From sequence record NC_048673.1: a stretch of DNA of 64,000 nt. One strand, 5' to 3'. Of the stretch, positions 54,253-63,659 are shown piece after piece; within the stretch, counting starts at the first letter, position 1, and each line of letters begins with the position of its first letter. Under the pieces are notes generated by a model. It made no database searches. It was not told the DNA's origin and saw only the letters and a list, made by a program, of their open reading frames with translations. The translations under genes were made by a program, and so were the position numbers.

Positions 54253-55031
54253 AAAAAACTTTCTACCCCTTTAAGTGTAACAATTTCTTGGTGTCCACAT
54301 TTTTTACACTTTACAGGTATATTTAGAGTATGTTGGGGGAGGGATGTTACAAATTTACCCATTTTGGTCAAAGCAACTGAATCGGCGTATTCCATAATTT
54401 CAGAAATATCCTCATACGGAATATCAACACCAACCTTAACAACCTGATCTCCCATATGAACTTCGTCAATACAGCGATTGATTAAGTTAAACAAGTCGGA
54501 CTCAACTTCTACGTTGAAATATTCAACCTCGCTGATATTAGGATATCTCATATAAACTGTCATGTTCTCATTCAGAACAATTTTGTTATCTGGTGCATCC
54601 GACAATTTAGCGTTATTCAAGTTTACGTTTACTTTGATATCAGAGCCACAACGAATAATTTCACCATATTGGTCATATTGAACATTACCATCTTCATCAA
54701 GAATTTCGTTGGCGCAAGTAAACATAACCGGAACAGTAGGACTTGCTTTTGATAACTTATACAAAGCTAGATAAACTGCTTCCAAGTCAAACACAGGTAA
54801 AAGGTCTACATCAACATTATCAGTTAGGATACAGTTTTTTACGATTTGGATGATTGCATCATCGATTCCAGTATTGGCTTCGTTAGCTAACATCAACAGT
54901 TTCATTTCTTTCATCAAGAAAGCACGAACCTTGATCTTTCTACCATCTGATAAAGTTACATTGGTCTGCTGTACGTTTTTCTGCATAGCAGCAAGAAGTA
55001 CACTCTTGTCAATTGTGGTTTTGTTTGTCAT
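54246..55031 (-). CDS. 26: Baseplate hub assembly protein, gp26/gp51 family
   Basis: KVRAFLMKEMKLL, LPVFDLEAVYLAL, MRYPN, CKKCGH...KGVESFF; CTAAATA at 55060-55066. Confidence 0.85.
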   Translation of the reverse strand: MTNKTTIDKSVLLAAMQKNVQQTNVTLSDGRKIKVRAFLMKEMKLLMLANEANTGIDDAIIQIVKNCILTDNVDVDLLPVFDLEAVYLALYKLSKASPTVPVMFTCANEILDEDGNVQYDQYGEIIRCGSDIKVNVNLNNAKLSDAPDNKIVLNENMTVYMRYPNISEVEYFNVEVESDLFNLINRCIDEVHMGDQVVKVGVDIPYEDISEIMEYADSVALTKMGKFVTSLPQHTLNIPVKCKKCGHQEIVTLKGVESFFA

Positions 55032-55125
55032 AGTTAAAAATCCCTTATAGATCTATACTTATTTAGTACATTGTAACATGATGTTCTTCAAGACTTAATC
55101 TTAGATAGTTTCACTTGCAATCAAA

Positions 55126-55200
55126 CTATAAAGTCTCTATAAGTATTTATATAGAAAATCTATAATTAGAAAGAGTGTGAGCGAAGCGAACAGGCGGCTA
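55126..55200. repeat. Second copy of the AT-rich hairpin element
   Basis: CTATAAGTATTTATATAGAAAATCTATAATTAGAA at 55136-55170 matches 25014-25048 at 34/35. Confidence 0.85.
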
Positions 55201-55239
55201 NGTAGATATGAAAAAGCCACCCCGTAGGATGGCTTAGTA

Positions 55240-56196
55240 TTAACGAATGGCTTTCACAACGCCTGTAGTACGTCTTATGATACTCTCTATAGAGTCGATG
55301 GTGTTCTCTTCACCCTTAGTAGGAACATGCACTGTAGTTGATACAGCGAATGTGACGGTAAAGGTTGCTACCTGAGAATTGTTCTCAAAATCTAGTTGAA
55401 CTTCACCTACCTCTATGGGAAAGCACCCTGTATTATGTACAGTGGATTGCTTAACTCCATGACGGTCTAACGTGATGACGTCAATATCCTTTGCATACGT
55501 ATTATAAAATCCAAATTGTCCATTTCTTGGGTTGACAATTGTATTCTGCCATGTTAACATCAAAGAACGTTCCTCATAAGAAGGGGAACAGTAAAACGTC
55601 ATACTCATGGTTCCGTAGTTTCTACCTCTTACTTCGTGTCGAGGTAGTTTGTCTGTACGGTTGATTGTCGTTTCCAAAGTAGAACTAGGGAGTCCGACGC
55701 TTTTTACCATAAGTGCAAGATCGCGGTTTACATCATAATCGGTTCCCAGAAATCCATCAAGGATCTCTCCTGCTCCCGGTATGATCCGGATCAAGGACGG
55801 ATCCCAAGCACCAAAAATCTTCTTCATGCTAGGCGTGAGGATTTTGTGTGCTTGTCCCAAAGCAATGTCCTGAACTCTATGCCAAGCATAACTTGTACCA
55901 GAGAAAAGACTATCATTGACGTCCATCCCGCTGCTTGAGTCCGGAAATATCGGTAAATCCCTATCAAAAACACCATCACTGAATATAGAGGTTCGGAAAT
56001 CTCCGAACCTTACAATAAACATGTTTGGTCTAGCCAAATCGGTATTCTCAACTTTCCGCATAAACCTAGTTAGATCGGGGATCTCGCTTGCATCCCCACC
56101 ATCGTTTAATAAATCTTCACCAAACCCGATAGTACTATCTATCATACTATCTATGGTTGGAATAGGTGGTATTAAGTTCATTAGTATGATCTCCAA
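55240..56196 (-). CDS. 54: Baseplate tail-tube initiator
   Basis: DLARPNMF, MSMTFY, WQNTIV, GCFPIEVGEVQLDFENNSQVATFTVTFA. Confidence 0.88.
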   Translation of the reverse strand: MEIILMNLIPPIPTIDSMIDSTIGFGEDLLNDGGDASEIPDLTRFMRKVENTDLARPNMFIVRFGDFRTSIFSDGVFDRDLPIFPDSSSGMDVNDSLFSGTSYAWHRVQDIALGQAHKILTPSMKKIFGAWDPSLIRIIPGAGEILDGFLGTDYDVNRDLALMVKSVGLPSSTLETTINRTDKLPRHEVRGRNYGTMSMTFYCSPSYEERSLMLTWQNTIVNPRNGQFGFYNTYAKDIDVITLDRHGVKQSTVHNTGCFPIEVGEVQLDFENNSQVATFTVTFAVSTTVHVPTKGEENTIDSIESIIRRTTGVVKAIR

Positions 56197-57179
56197 ACGG
56201 AATTCGTATTATAGGTCTTCGGAGGAACACCAGATACAAACCGTTGAGTCGGTAGATTAATAACAGAACTCCAATCCTGCGGTTTAATCTCCATTAATGG
56301 ACCCTTAATATGACCCGGCAAATACGCTTTGATCATATGGTCTGCACCTCTCATTCCCTTAACCTTACCCCAGTTGATATTTAGGGATGTACGGTTGGTA
56401 ATCCTCTCTGTGGTTGCATGTTTCAGCAACTCTTCCATAAATTCTTTACGGGCTTTGATCGGGATGTAGTGAAGGTTGAGACCCAACATCAAACCTTTGT
56501 GTTTTGCACTTAGGCCAAGATATACGATCAGGGGGAATTTATCCCAGTATGGTAGTGTTGCCTTATGTTTTGCGTCATATGCGAAAGTATACAATCGACC
56601 AGCAATTGGTCTTGTTACTTGGTGACCACGAACGTTTTTCTTTATGAAATTGTTAAACCATTCCGTTGACTTCTTCTGAGACTTCACAGGCTCTTTTTCG
56701 TGTTGCCTTACTTTATTTCTAAAGTCAGCCAATAGCATCTGATATTTTTCGGCTTTAGATAGTTTTCTTCCGCTTATTTGTGCGTCTTTTAATTTCTTAG
56801 CCAGTAGAATATCTTGCTTGAATCTTCTGAATGCCCGTTCCGTGGTTTCTTTATTAAGTCCACGTCCTTCAATATAATTTTTTAGAGTAATGCTACTCTT
56901 TTCTTTTTGTGTCAAATAATCAACACCAAGCTCAATCCATTGTTGTTTATTCTTGTTTGGGTTTACCAGAGAATAATAAGTCTTTATTTCTTCTCTGTGT
57001 CTGCGCATAGCTCTACTGAATGTTTCATAATTCAACCCTTTTTCCTCTGCATATTTCTTTGCAGTAAGACTTGGGTTCTTTTTCTTGGCGTTCATATAAT
57101 CAACACCAACATCAATCCATTGTTTTCTATTGCGTTTTTCTGTTGTGGACTCTGCACGTTCAGTTATTTCGAATATCAT
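56181..57179 (-). CDS. 2: DNA end protector, with duplicated N-terminal module
   Basis: GRLYTFAYDAKHKATLPYWDKFPLIVYLG...GLNLHYIP...IKAYLPG. Confidence 0.95.
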   Translation of the reverse strand: MIFEITERAESTTEKRNRKQWIDVGVDYMNAKKKNPSLTAKKYAEEKGLNYETFSRAMRRHREEIKTYYSLVNPNKNKQQWIELGVDYLTQKEKSSITLKNYIEGRGLNKETTERAFRRFKQDILLAKKLKDAQISGRKLSKAEKYQMLLADFRNKVRQHEKEPVKSQKKSTEWFNNFIKKNVRGHQVTRPIAGRLYTFAYDAKHKATLPYWDKFPLIVYLGLSAKHKGLMLGLNLHYIPIKARKEFMEELLKHATTERITNRTSLNINWGKVKGMRGADHMIKAYLPGHIKGPLMEIKPQDWSSVINLPTQRFVSGVPPKTYNTNSVWRSY

Positions 57180-57646
57180 TTAGTAAGTCCTTTGAAACCC
57201 ATTGCTCTCAATGAGTCCTCATTAATTATATTAAATCTCCACCCTTTTTTCTTGCATAATTCAGCGGTGGTTTTCCATTTGTCGTTATTGACTTGCCATG
57301 TATACACAGCTTGAATATAAGCATTTTTTGCTTTTAATGTATTTCTTTTTGGTGGTACTGGTGGAAAGCATTCTTTTTTAGGCTTAACTTCCCAGAGAGA
57401 AATAGAACCGTCGGACCACTGTATCCACATATCCATAAAATAACGTCGTTTCTTTCCATCTGCATTAGAAAAATACGGAATGACCATACATTCGCTGTTC
57501 CAATATCTAACGTCTGGATTATTATCCAACATCTCCATTATATACTTTTCCCACGAACTACGGTAGGTAACCTTTTTTGGGTCTCCTTTATATTTTTCTC
57601 TATTCTTTACAAAGTATTGACCTTTGTATGTATTATTTCCGGCCAT
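57176..57646 (-). CDS. 4: Head completion nuclease
   Basis: KYKGDP..VTYRSSWE, WNSE..VIPY, RRYFMD, EVKPK, NNDKW. Confidence 0.95.
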   Translation of the reverse strand: MAGNNTYKGQYFVKNREKYKGDPKKVTYRSSWEKYIMEMLDNNPDVRYWNSECMVIPYFSNADGKKRRYFMDMWIQWSDGSISLWEVKPKKECFPPVPPKRNTLKAKNAYIQAVYTWQVNNDKWKTTAELCKKKGWRFNIINEDSLRAMGFKGLTK

Positions 57647-57667
57647 AATAAATTCTCCTATTTGTTT

Positions 57668-57690
57668 TATTTAGGGTTTGCCCCTAAATA
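57668..57690. promoter_or_regulatory. Back-to-back late promoters forming a perfect 9-bp inverted repeat
   Basis: TATTTAGGG-TTTGC-CCCTAAATA between divergent genes 4 and 48. Confidence 0.8.
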
Positions 57691-57715
57691 CAAGTAAACA
57701 ACATGAGGTTTAAAA

Positions 57716-58774
57716 ATGAAAGTTAATATTCTCAATGGGGTTAATAGAGCTACTGGTGGTAGTTTCAACCCACTCACTGACACTAAGTCAGAGGGAACTG
57801 ATCTTATTATAGAAAATAAAAACTCTAAGAAACCCGGTATAAAGGCTTTACAGTACCCATTAACCATGAAGGGTAGTGACAACAAACACTCTTCCTATTT
57901 AGTTTTCTATGCTGTGAAACCAACAAATGGGGGGCTTAAAAACAGTGATATCCACGAACGTTCTATGAGGTCTGTTAAGGGTAAATTCAACGAAGAAACC
58001 CTAGCCGTTATTCAGCTATATATGCCAAACATGAACGAAAACATTAGCCATAATTATGAAGATAACGATGGTGGATTCCTTCAAGATATAGTTATGAACT
58101 ACCAAGCCAACGCATCAGAAAGAGATGGAACATTAGATAGCATTGCAAACGGTGGTAAAGCCGTTGTAAACGCAATGGCACAAAAGGTTATCGTCTCCAC
58201 TGGTGGTATTGCACAGCGATATAATTCTCAGGTAACTGGTAATTTGCTTGGTGATCGAGCCGCCCAAATGTATCGTGGTACTGGTGTACGTTCCCAAACA
58301 TTTATATTTCAATTCCGACCGAGGTCTATGGCAGAATTAAAAGAGGTTGGACAAATAATTAAAACTTTTATGGTTCTTAGTGCTGCCGAAAACAAAGGGG
58401 CTGTAGATCTTGCTTCTCTTGGAATTGGTACTGATTCAGAACTTGGTGCGGGTGAAGGGTATACTTATCTCGAAGTACCACCTTTGTGGTTTATAGAAGA
58501 AAGGGTAAGTCAAAGTCAAGAACAGAAGATTAGATTTACACCTAAATTCGCAATGGGTCCAGCCGGTATTAGTAATATCCGGATCAACAAAACCCCAGAC
58601 CAAATATATGATACATTCGCGTCAACGGCTGCGGATTCCGTCGCAATAGATCTAGAAATAACTGTTACAGAACTTCGTCCGGTTTATCGCGATTACTGGG
58701 AAGCTCTTACATCAGATTTGGGTAATCCTGATTCTGGTGAATTCTTCTTCGGTTCGTATGGAGGTAAGAGATAA
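57716..58774 (+). CDS. 48: Baseplate tail-tube cap
   Basis: IQLYMP, QMYRGTGVRSQTFIFQFRPRS..E, GPAGISNIRINKTPD, LEITVTE. Confidence 0.85.
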   Translation: MKVNILNGVNRATGGSFNPLTDTKSEGTDLIIENKNSKKPGIKALQYPLTMKGSDNKHSSYLVFYAVKPTNGGLKNSDIHERSMRSVKGKFNEETLAVIQLYMPNMNENISHNYEDNDGGFLQDIVMNYQANASERDGTLDSIANGGKAVVNAMAQKVIVSTGGIAQRYNSQVTGNLLGDRAAQMYRGTGVRSQTFIFQFRPRSMAELKEVGQIIKTFMVLSAAENKGAVDLASLGIGTDSELGAGEGYTYLEVPPLWFIEERVSQSQEQKIRFTPKFAMGPAGISNIRINKTPDQIYDTFASTAADSVAIDLEITVTELRPVYRDYWEALTSDLGNPDSGEFFFGSYGGKR

Positions 58775-59340
58775 TGCTATTTAACTATTTCCCCCCTATA
58801 AAATATAATGGGGCTCAAACTGCTGATATATTTCGTCCACATGGAAACTATTTTGATGATATTTTAAGCAAATTCATTGTAAGAAAATATATCGTCTCTG
58901 GTTCTCCTAGACCAGAAGTTGTTTCCTACGATTTATATGGGGATACGAAATATTATTGGATCCTACTATTTCTTAACCAAGTATACGATCCTTTTTATGA
59001 TTGGATATGTGAAGAAGAAATAGTTCATCAATATACAGCGCAAAAATATAAAAACCTACCAGCAAAAGAGGGAACTGTTTTATATCATATTGATGAAAAT
59101 GGTGAGATGTATTTTCGTATGAAAGAATATCCGGTTGGTTCTGGTGTTTGGTATGATGAAGGGGATACCGCTCATCTATATAAACAGTATGTCGGGACTT
59201 TAGTCCCTGTTACTGCCATAGAACATGAATTAGCAACCAACGAATCCAAGAGAACCATAAACGTTTTAAATCCGTCAGATTTGGGTAGGTTTATGGATGA
59301 ATACACAAGATTAATGGAGCGTATCCGTGGGAATAAGTAG
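58774..59340 (+). CDS. 53: Baseplate wedge subunit (LysM-like)
   Basis: LFNYFPPIKY, RPEVVSYDLYGDTKYYWILLFLNQVYDPFYDW. Confidence 0.93.
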   Translation: MLFNYFPPIKYNGAQTADIFRPHGNYFDDILSKFIVRKYIVSGSPRPEVVSYDLYGDTKYYWILLFLNQVYDPFYDWICEEEIVHQYTAQKYKNLPAKEGTVLYHIDENGEMYFRMKEYPVGSGVWYDEGDTAHLYKQYVGTLVPVTAIEHELATNESKRTINVLNPSDLGRFMDEYTRLMERIRGNK

Positions 59341-60565
59341 ACGCAGTACGGCGGCGTATGAAAACTTTACCATTGAGCGTATTGTTTTCTTTCAAAGCCT
59401 TGATAGTGAAGGGTTTGATATAACTGATATATTCAAATCCTTCTCCATATATGAAGGGATTAGTCAAGGGTTGCTGAAAGGCACCCTTGAATTTGTTGAT
59501 TTCATGAATTTAATAAACTCAATTAATCCAAGAGGTGATGAGAAGGTACAAATAAGTTTTAGATCCGTACATTTAAACGGGGTGGATGCAAAAACGTATT
59601 CTAAAATATTCAAAGTTACTCGTTACGAAGATATTACAAACCCAAATACACAAACTCAAAAGTTTGTAAGACTTCATCTTGTATCCGAACAAGATCACAA
59701 GAATGAATATAGTCGGATCAGTAAAAGTTATAAAGGGACATCCATTCATGCAATCGTTTCTGATATGCTCCGGGTGATTGGGTTCACTGACGAAACCATA
59801 TTTGTCGAACCAACGCTTTATAACCGGGATATTGTAATCCCAAATTTAACACCGATATCAGTTATTAATTTCTTAGCTTCTTCTGCACAATCATCGGATG
59901 TTAATTCAAAGGGTGATAGTAATTTCTACTTTTATGAGGATGTAGATGGAGCCAAATTCAGAACTGGTACATCCATGATGGTTGGAGACCCGGTTGTTGA
60001 CCTGATATTTGAAGCAACCCACGACACTACAATGTATAACAAGATAATCAAGATGCAGCGTGTTAAGGGATACAACATACCAGAACAATATAGGAATGGT
60101 GGTTTAGGCGTTAACGTTCATTCGATGTCTTTGGATAAAAAGCTTTATACAAATAATTATCAGGACTATACGTCTGTAAAAGATGTATATCCAACACTAA
60201 ACCCAGAACCGTGGTTTGGTGGTGATATAAAACCAGAAAGAAATGCATGTGTTTATTTCACAACAGAAGACCAGATGTATAAGTATATCAATATGGGTTC
60301 AAATGGTAACTCTCTTGGTATAAGAGCAACAAACCGAACATCACTAAACGCAAAAAGAATGCTTATTCAAGTTGCCGGTAATTCGGACCTGAGTTGTGGT
60401 CAGGTGGTAAATATTATTGCTGGTGATATGAATGGTGAAATGACATCAAAAGATGCAGGGCGCTGGCTTATCAACTCAATAAATCATGTCTGTACACAGG
60501 GCTCTTATATCATGAACTTAGAATTGATATCTGATTCCGATACTAGAGGGAAGGATATACAATGA
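59327..60565 (+). CDS. Baseplate hub protein, gp27-like
   Basis: 412 aa between 53 and 5; DITDIFKSFSIYE, FYFYED, GRWLINSINH are hub-family-like. Confidence 0.65.
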   Translation: MGISRRSTAAYENFTIERIVFFQSLDSEGFDITDIFKSFSIYEGISQGLLKGTLEFVDFMNLINSINPRGDEKVQISFRSVHLNGVDAKTYSKIFKVTRYEDITNPNTQTQKFVRLHLVSEQDHKNEYSRISKSYKGTSIHAIVSDMLRVIGFTDETIFVEPTLYNRDIVIPNLTPISVINFLASSAQSSDVNSKGDSNFYFYEDVDGAKFRTGTSMMVGDPVVDLIFEATHDTTMYNKIIKMQRVKGYNIPEQYRNGGLGVNVHSMSLDKKLYTNNYQDYTSVKDVYPTLNPEPWFGGDIKPERNACVYFTTEDQMYKYINMGSNGNSLGIRATNRTSLNAKRMLIQVAGNSDLSCGQVVNIIAGDMNGEMTSKDAGRWLINSINHVCTQGSYIMNLELISDSDTRGKDIQ

Positions 60566-62400
60566 AATTTGAATTCTTTTTTGGCGTTGTAGAGGATCGG
60601 TTTGATCCTCTTAATCAAGGTAGATATAGAGTTCGTGTGATGGGATACCACACTGACCAAAAATCAAAAGATGATTTGATTGGTATACCTACTGATGAAC
60701 TTCTTTGGATGCGCTGTGCCACGTCAACGGATTCAGCCTCTATATCTGGTGTGGGAAATAGTCCAACAAACCTAGTAGAGGGTGTGTGGGTTATGGGGGT
60801 TTTCAAGGATGAATTTAAACAGGATGGTTTAATACTTTTTTCTATCCCCGGATCTTATGTCCAAAAACCAAATACTCTACGGGGATTCTGTGACCCAACA
60901 GGTCAATACCCTCGTTATATTGGTAACGACGTTAATATATTAGCCGGTGGTGGACAAAAAGGGGCTGGTATTCATGGAACTGCCCCGGTGTCTATTGATG
61001 GAAAGCCGTTATCGGTTTATACTCAGGATGAAAATACTTCTGGTGCATTAGCCCCTGATGACAAATCATTTGACGATGCAATCGCAGATGACGATCCGGA
61101 TTTCACAATTGAAAAAATGTTGAAGGGGGACGAAGGGGTTAGGAACAAATGGTATCTCGATTCTCTTGGATATCCAACCATAGGTATTGGTCATCTAATC
61201 ATACATGAGAATACACGAAACGTAGCCCGTATAGATGCGATTCTAACCCAACAGTTGGGTCATCCTGTACAAGGGGGTGTGATCTCCCCAGAAGACGTTA
61301 CAAAGCTGTTTAACGAGGATATCCAAAAGACTCGTGCTGATATGATGAGATTCGAAAATATACGTCGTGTCTACGTCAAAGAAAATAGAAGTCGTCAAAT
61401 GGCTTTAGAAAATATGGCGTTTCAGATGGGGGCTGGCGGATTAGCGAAATTCAAAAATACACTAAACGCTATGTATGAAGAACGTTGGCGAGATGCATAT
61501 AATGGTATGCTCGACTCTCTTTGGGCTAGACAAACTCCGGGTCGAGCGAATCGGGTTGCCAAGATTATTTTAACCGGAAACCTAGAGTCTTATGGAGTAA
61601 AACCAAAACCAGAGGAACCGCCTATTATCCCAATATCTGGGAGAATGAAGCGTTCTATTATGGCATTGTCCTCTCCGGTTGTTTTTGCTGACGAAGTAGA
61701 CCCAGATGATCCGTCCGTTCCACCACCACCTCGTACTGATGGTCTTCTTTTCGAAGAACCACCTAGCGCATATGCTGCTGAATACCCATATAACCATGTA
61801 TATGAATCGGAGAGTGGTCATATTCAGGAATTTGATGATACTCCGGGGAAAGAACGATATAACCTGAAACATACATCAGGGACGTATATTGAGATTTCTG
61901 GTGGTGGTCGTCAAGTAAACAAAGTTATGGGTGATGACTATGTTATCGATATGGCAAACCGGATGATCAACGTAAAGGGTGATTATCAGGTAGTTGTTGA
62001 AGGTAACGCGACTGTATACGTTATGGGTAACTGTACCCAGCAAGTTGATGGAAACTTGACTCAGGTTGTCAAAGGAAACGTATCTGAATCGGTTTATGGT
62101 AACGTTGAACAGTCGGTGAAGGGGAACGTTAAGCAAACTGTTAACGGTGGCTTAGAATCGCGTATAGACGCTGATGTGACCCTATCTGTCGGTGGTAGTG
62201 TTGTTAGTGATATAGAAGGGAATTTAACTGCAACAGTTCAAGGTAATTGCAACGAGAACGTAGAAGGTGATATGAACCTTAATGTTTTTGGTGATTATAC
62301 AGTTACTGTATCTGGTGACTATAAATCGCAAGCTGCTCAATCTCTTATTACCTCTCAAGGTACGACCGAGATTAGTGGTTCTACTGTTAGTATTAACTAA
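60562..62400 (+). CDS. 5: Baseplate central spike / tail lysozyme
   Basis: OB-fold GVVEDRFDPLNQGRYRVR; lysozyme DEG..YLDSLGYPTIGIGH; VxGN beta-helix repeats. Confidence 0.97.
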   Translation: MKFEFFFGVVEDRFDPLNQGRYRVRVMGYHTDQKSKDDLIGIPTDELLWMRCATSTDSASISGVGNSPTNLVEGVWVMGVFKDEFKQDGLILFSIPGSYVQKPNTLRGFCDPTGQYPRYIGNDVNILAGGGQKGAGIHGTAPVSIDGKPLSVYTQDENTSGALAPDDKSFDDAIADDDPDFTIEKMLKGDEGVRNKWYLDSLGYPTIGIGHLIIHENTRNVARIDAILTQQLGHPVQGGVISPEDVTKLFNEDIQKTRADMMRFENIRRVYVKENRSRQMALENMAFQMGAGGLAKFKNTLNAMYEERWRDAYNGMLDSLWARQTPGRANRVAKIILTGNLESYGVKPKPEEPPIIPISGRMKRSIMALSSPVVFADEVDPDDPSVPPPPRTDGLLFEEPPSAYAAEYPYNHVYESESGHIQEFDDTPGKERYNLKHTSGTYIEISGGGRQVNKVMGDDYVIDMANRMINVKGDYQVVVEGNATVYVMGNCTQQVDGNLTQVVKGNVSESVYGNVEQSVKGNVKQTVNGGLESRIDADVTLSVGGSVVSDIEGNLTATVQGNCNENVEGDMNLNVFGDYTVTVSGDYKSQAAQSLITSQGTTEISGSTVSIN

Positions 62401-62402
62401 CG

Positions 62403-62431
62403 AAAAGGGATCCCAAATCGGGATCCCTTTT
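62403..62431. terminator. Bidirectional terminator, GGGATCC family
   Basis: AAAAGGGATCCC-AAATC-GGGATCCCTTTT. Confidence 0.9.
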
Positions 62432-62434
62432 GTT

Positions 62435-62710
62435 TTAGATGTCGTCTGCACTTCGTTTGATATATTCTTGGAGTGCTTCTTTTTCAAGTCCCCACACAAA
62501 AGATAGAGTGCCGCCACCTACATCAATTTCAAATGGACAGAAATCCCAATAAATGGTTTCTTTCATCTTTACTTCCATCAGAAGTTCTTCGTCTTCAACT
62601 TTATCAAAGTTCTTTTCGATAAAGTTTTTTAGTTCTCGACGAACTCGAAAATTATGAACCTGATTTTCTTTAAAACCAGCAAAATTAGTTCCTACATAAA
62701 TTAGTTTCAT
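62435..62710 (-). CDS. Hypothetical protein, antisense insertion in the late cluster
   Basis: RBS upstream; ends at the shared terminator. Confidence 0.65.
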   Translation of the reverse strand: MKLIYVGTNFAGFKENQVHNFRVRRELKNFIEKNFDKVEDEELLMEVKMKETIYWDFCPFEIDVGGGTLSFVWGLEKEALQEYIKRSADDI

Positions 62711-62721
62711 ATTTATTTTCC

Positions 62722-63087
62722 TTATAGAGATTCCAACATCTCGTCAATTCGATGTACTTGCTTCATCAATTCTTTGCGCAAAACCAATAAATCATTTTTG
62801 GTTTTGTTTACCTTCGGAGGTTCGTACGATTCCACTTCATCTGGTTCCGCGATCATAAGGTATTCTTTCATCTCTTTCGAAGTAAAGATTGGGTTGAATT
62901 CATTTAGATTTTCATATCCTTCTATTTTATAGATTTCATCTTCCTGTTTTTCATCGACAAAAAAGATATCCATACCAAGTGTTTCCACTATGATGCGATT
63001 ATTTTCCTCGTTGCCATCTTTTTCTCCAAACTGGATAAATTTTTCCATTGCTTCTTCGTTTTTGAATTTAAATTTATTATACATCAT
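62722..63087 (-). CDS. Distant MKIRFK-family member, antisense insertion
   Basis: KFKFKNEEAMEKF...NNRIIVETLGMD; C-terminal coiled coil. Confidence 0.65.
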   Translation of the reverse strand: MMYNKFKFKNEEAMEKFIQFGEKDGNEENNRIIVETLGMDIFFVDEKQEDEIYKIEGYENLNEFNPIFTSKEMKEYLMIAEPDEVESYEPPKVNKTKNDLLVLRKELMKQVHRIDEMLESL

Positions 63088-63117
63088 ATTATACCCTATA
63101 TTTTATATGAACAACCC

Positions 63118-63124
63118 CTAAATA
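63118..63124 (+). promoter_or_regulatory. Late promoter CTAAATA
   Basis: Upstream of 5.1. Confidence 0.75.
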
Positions 63125-63131
63125 CTCCATA

Positions 63132-63659
63132 ATGGAGGATTTTTATATGGCACAAATTAACACACCTACCAACTGGAAGTCAACCATTTTTGATGGAGAA
63201 ACTTCTGTGGATAGCTTGTTTAGCTATACACTAACCGCATCTGAACAACTGGTGAGTTTTACGGTGGTTCCATCAGAAGACCTATCACCAGATGGAATTT
63301 TTCTTGATGGTAACAGATTGCATGGGAAAGTCAATGACTATTTTGATGGGAAAGTAGATTTGGTTCTAAAGTATAGAGATAGGACATCTCTACAGATATC
63401 ACAAACAAATTCGTTCGCTTCTTTACCAGAACCAACTACTTGTGACCTCATAGCATTTAATCCACCAAGCGAATTAAAAAAGGTTGTTACTTATACACAG
63501 ACATTGGTTTATGACGATATTACTGACCCCACACTACCAATTAGAAAAACAGTTAGGGATTCTATAAATATGACTATCATAGGTTCTTTTGATGGTTGGG
63601 TTGTAAAATTTAGAGCGTATGTATCTTCGTCTGGGCCTTTTCCAAAATTGGGGATATGA
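63132..63659 (+). CDS. 5.1: T4 5.1-like conserved protein
   Basis: NRLHG...F..LKYR...FASLP...KKVVTYTQTLVYD...PIRKT aligns with recalled T4 5.1. Confidence 0.75.
   Translation: MEDFYMAQINTPTNWKSTIFDGETSVDSLFSYTLTASEQLVSFTVVPSEDLSPDGIFLDGNRLHGKVNDYFDGKVDLVLKYRDRTSLQISQTNSFASLPEPTTCDLIAFNPPSELKKVVTYTQTLVYDDITDPTLPIRKTVRDSINMTIIGSFDGWVVKFRAYVSSSGPFPKLGI

Noticed and set aside
54127-54447. 106-aa + strand ORF across the 26/29 junction
   Set aside because: Antisense to the baseplate operon; the -1 frame on the minus strand explains the interval better
55201-55201. Ambiguous base N
   Set aside because: Single uncalled base in an intergenic region; not biological evidence, but it cautions against over-reading local sequence
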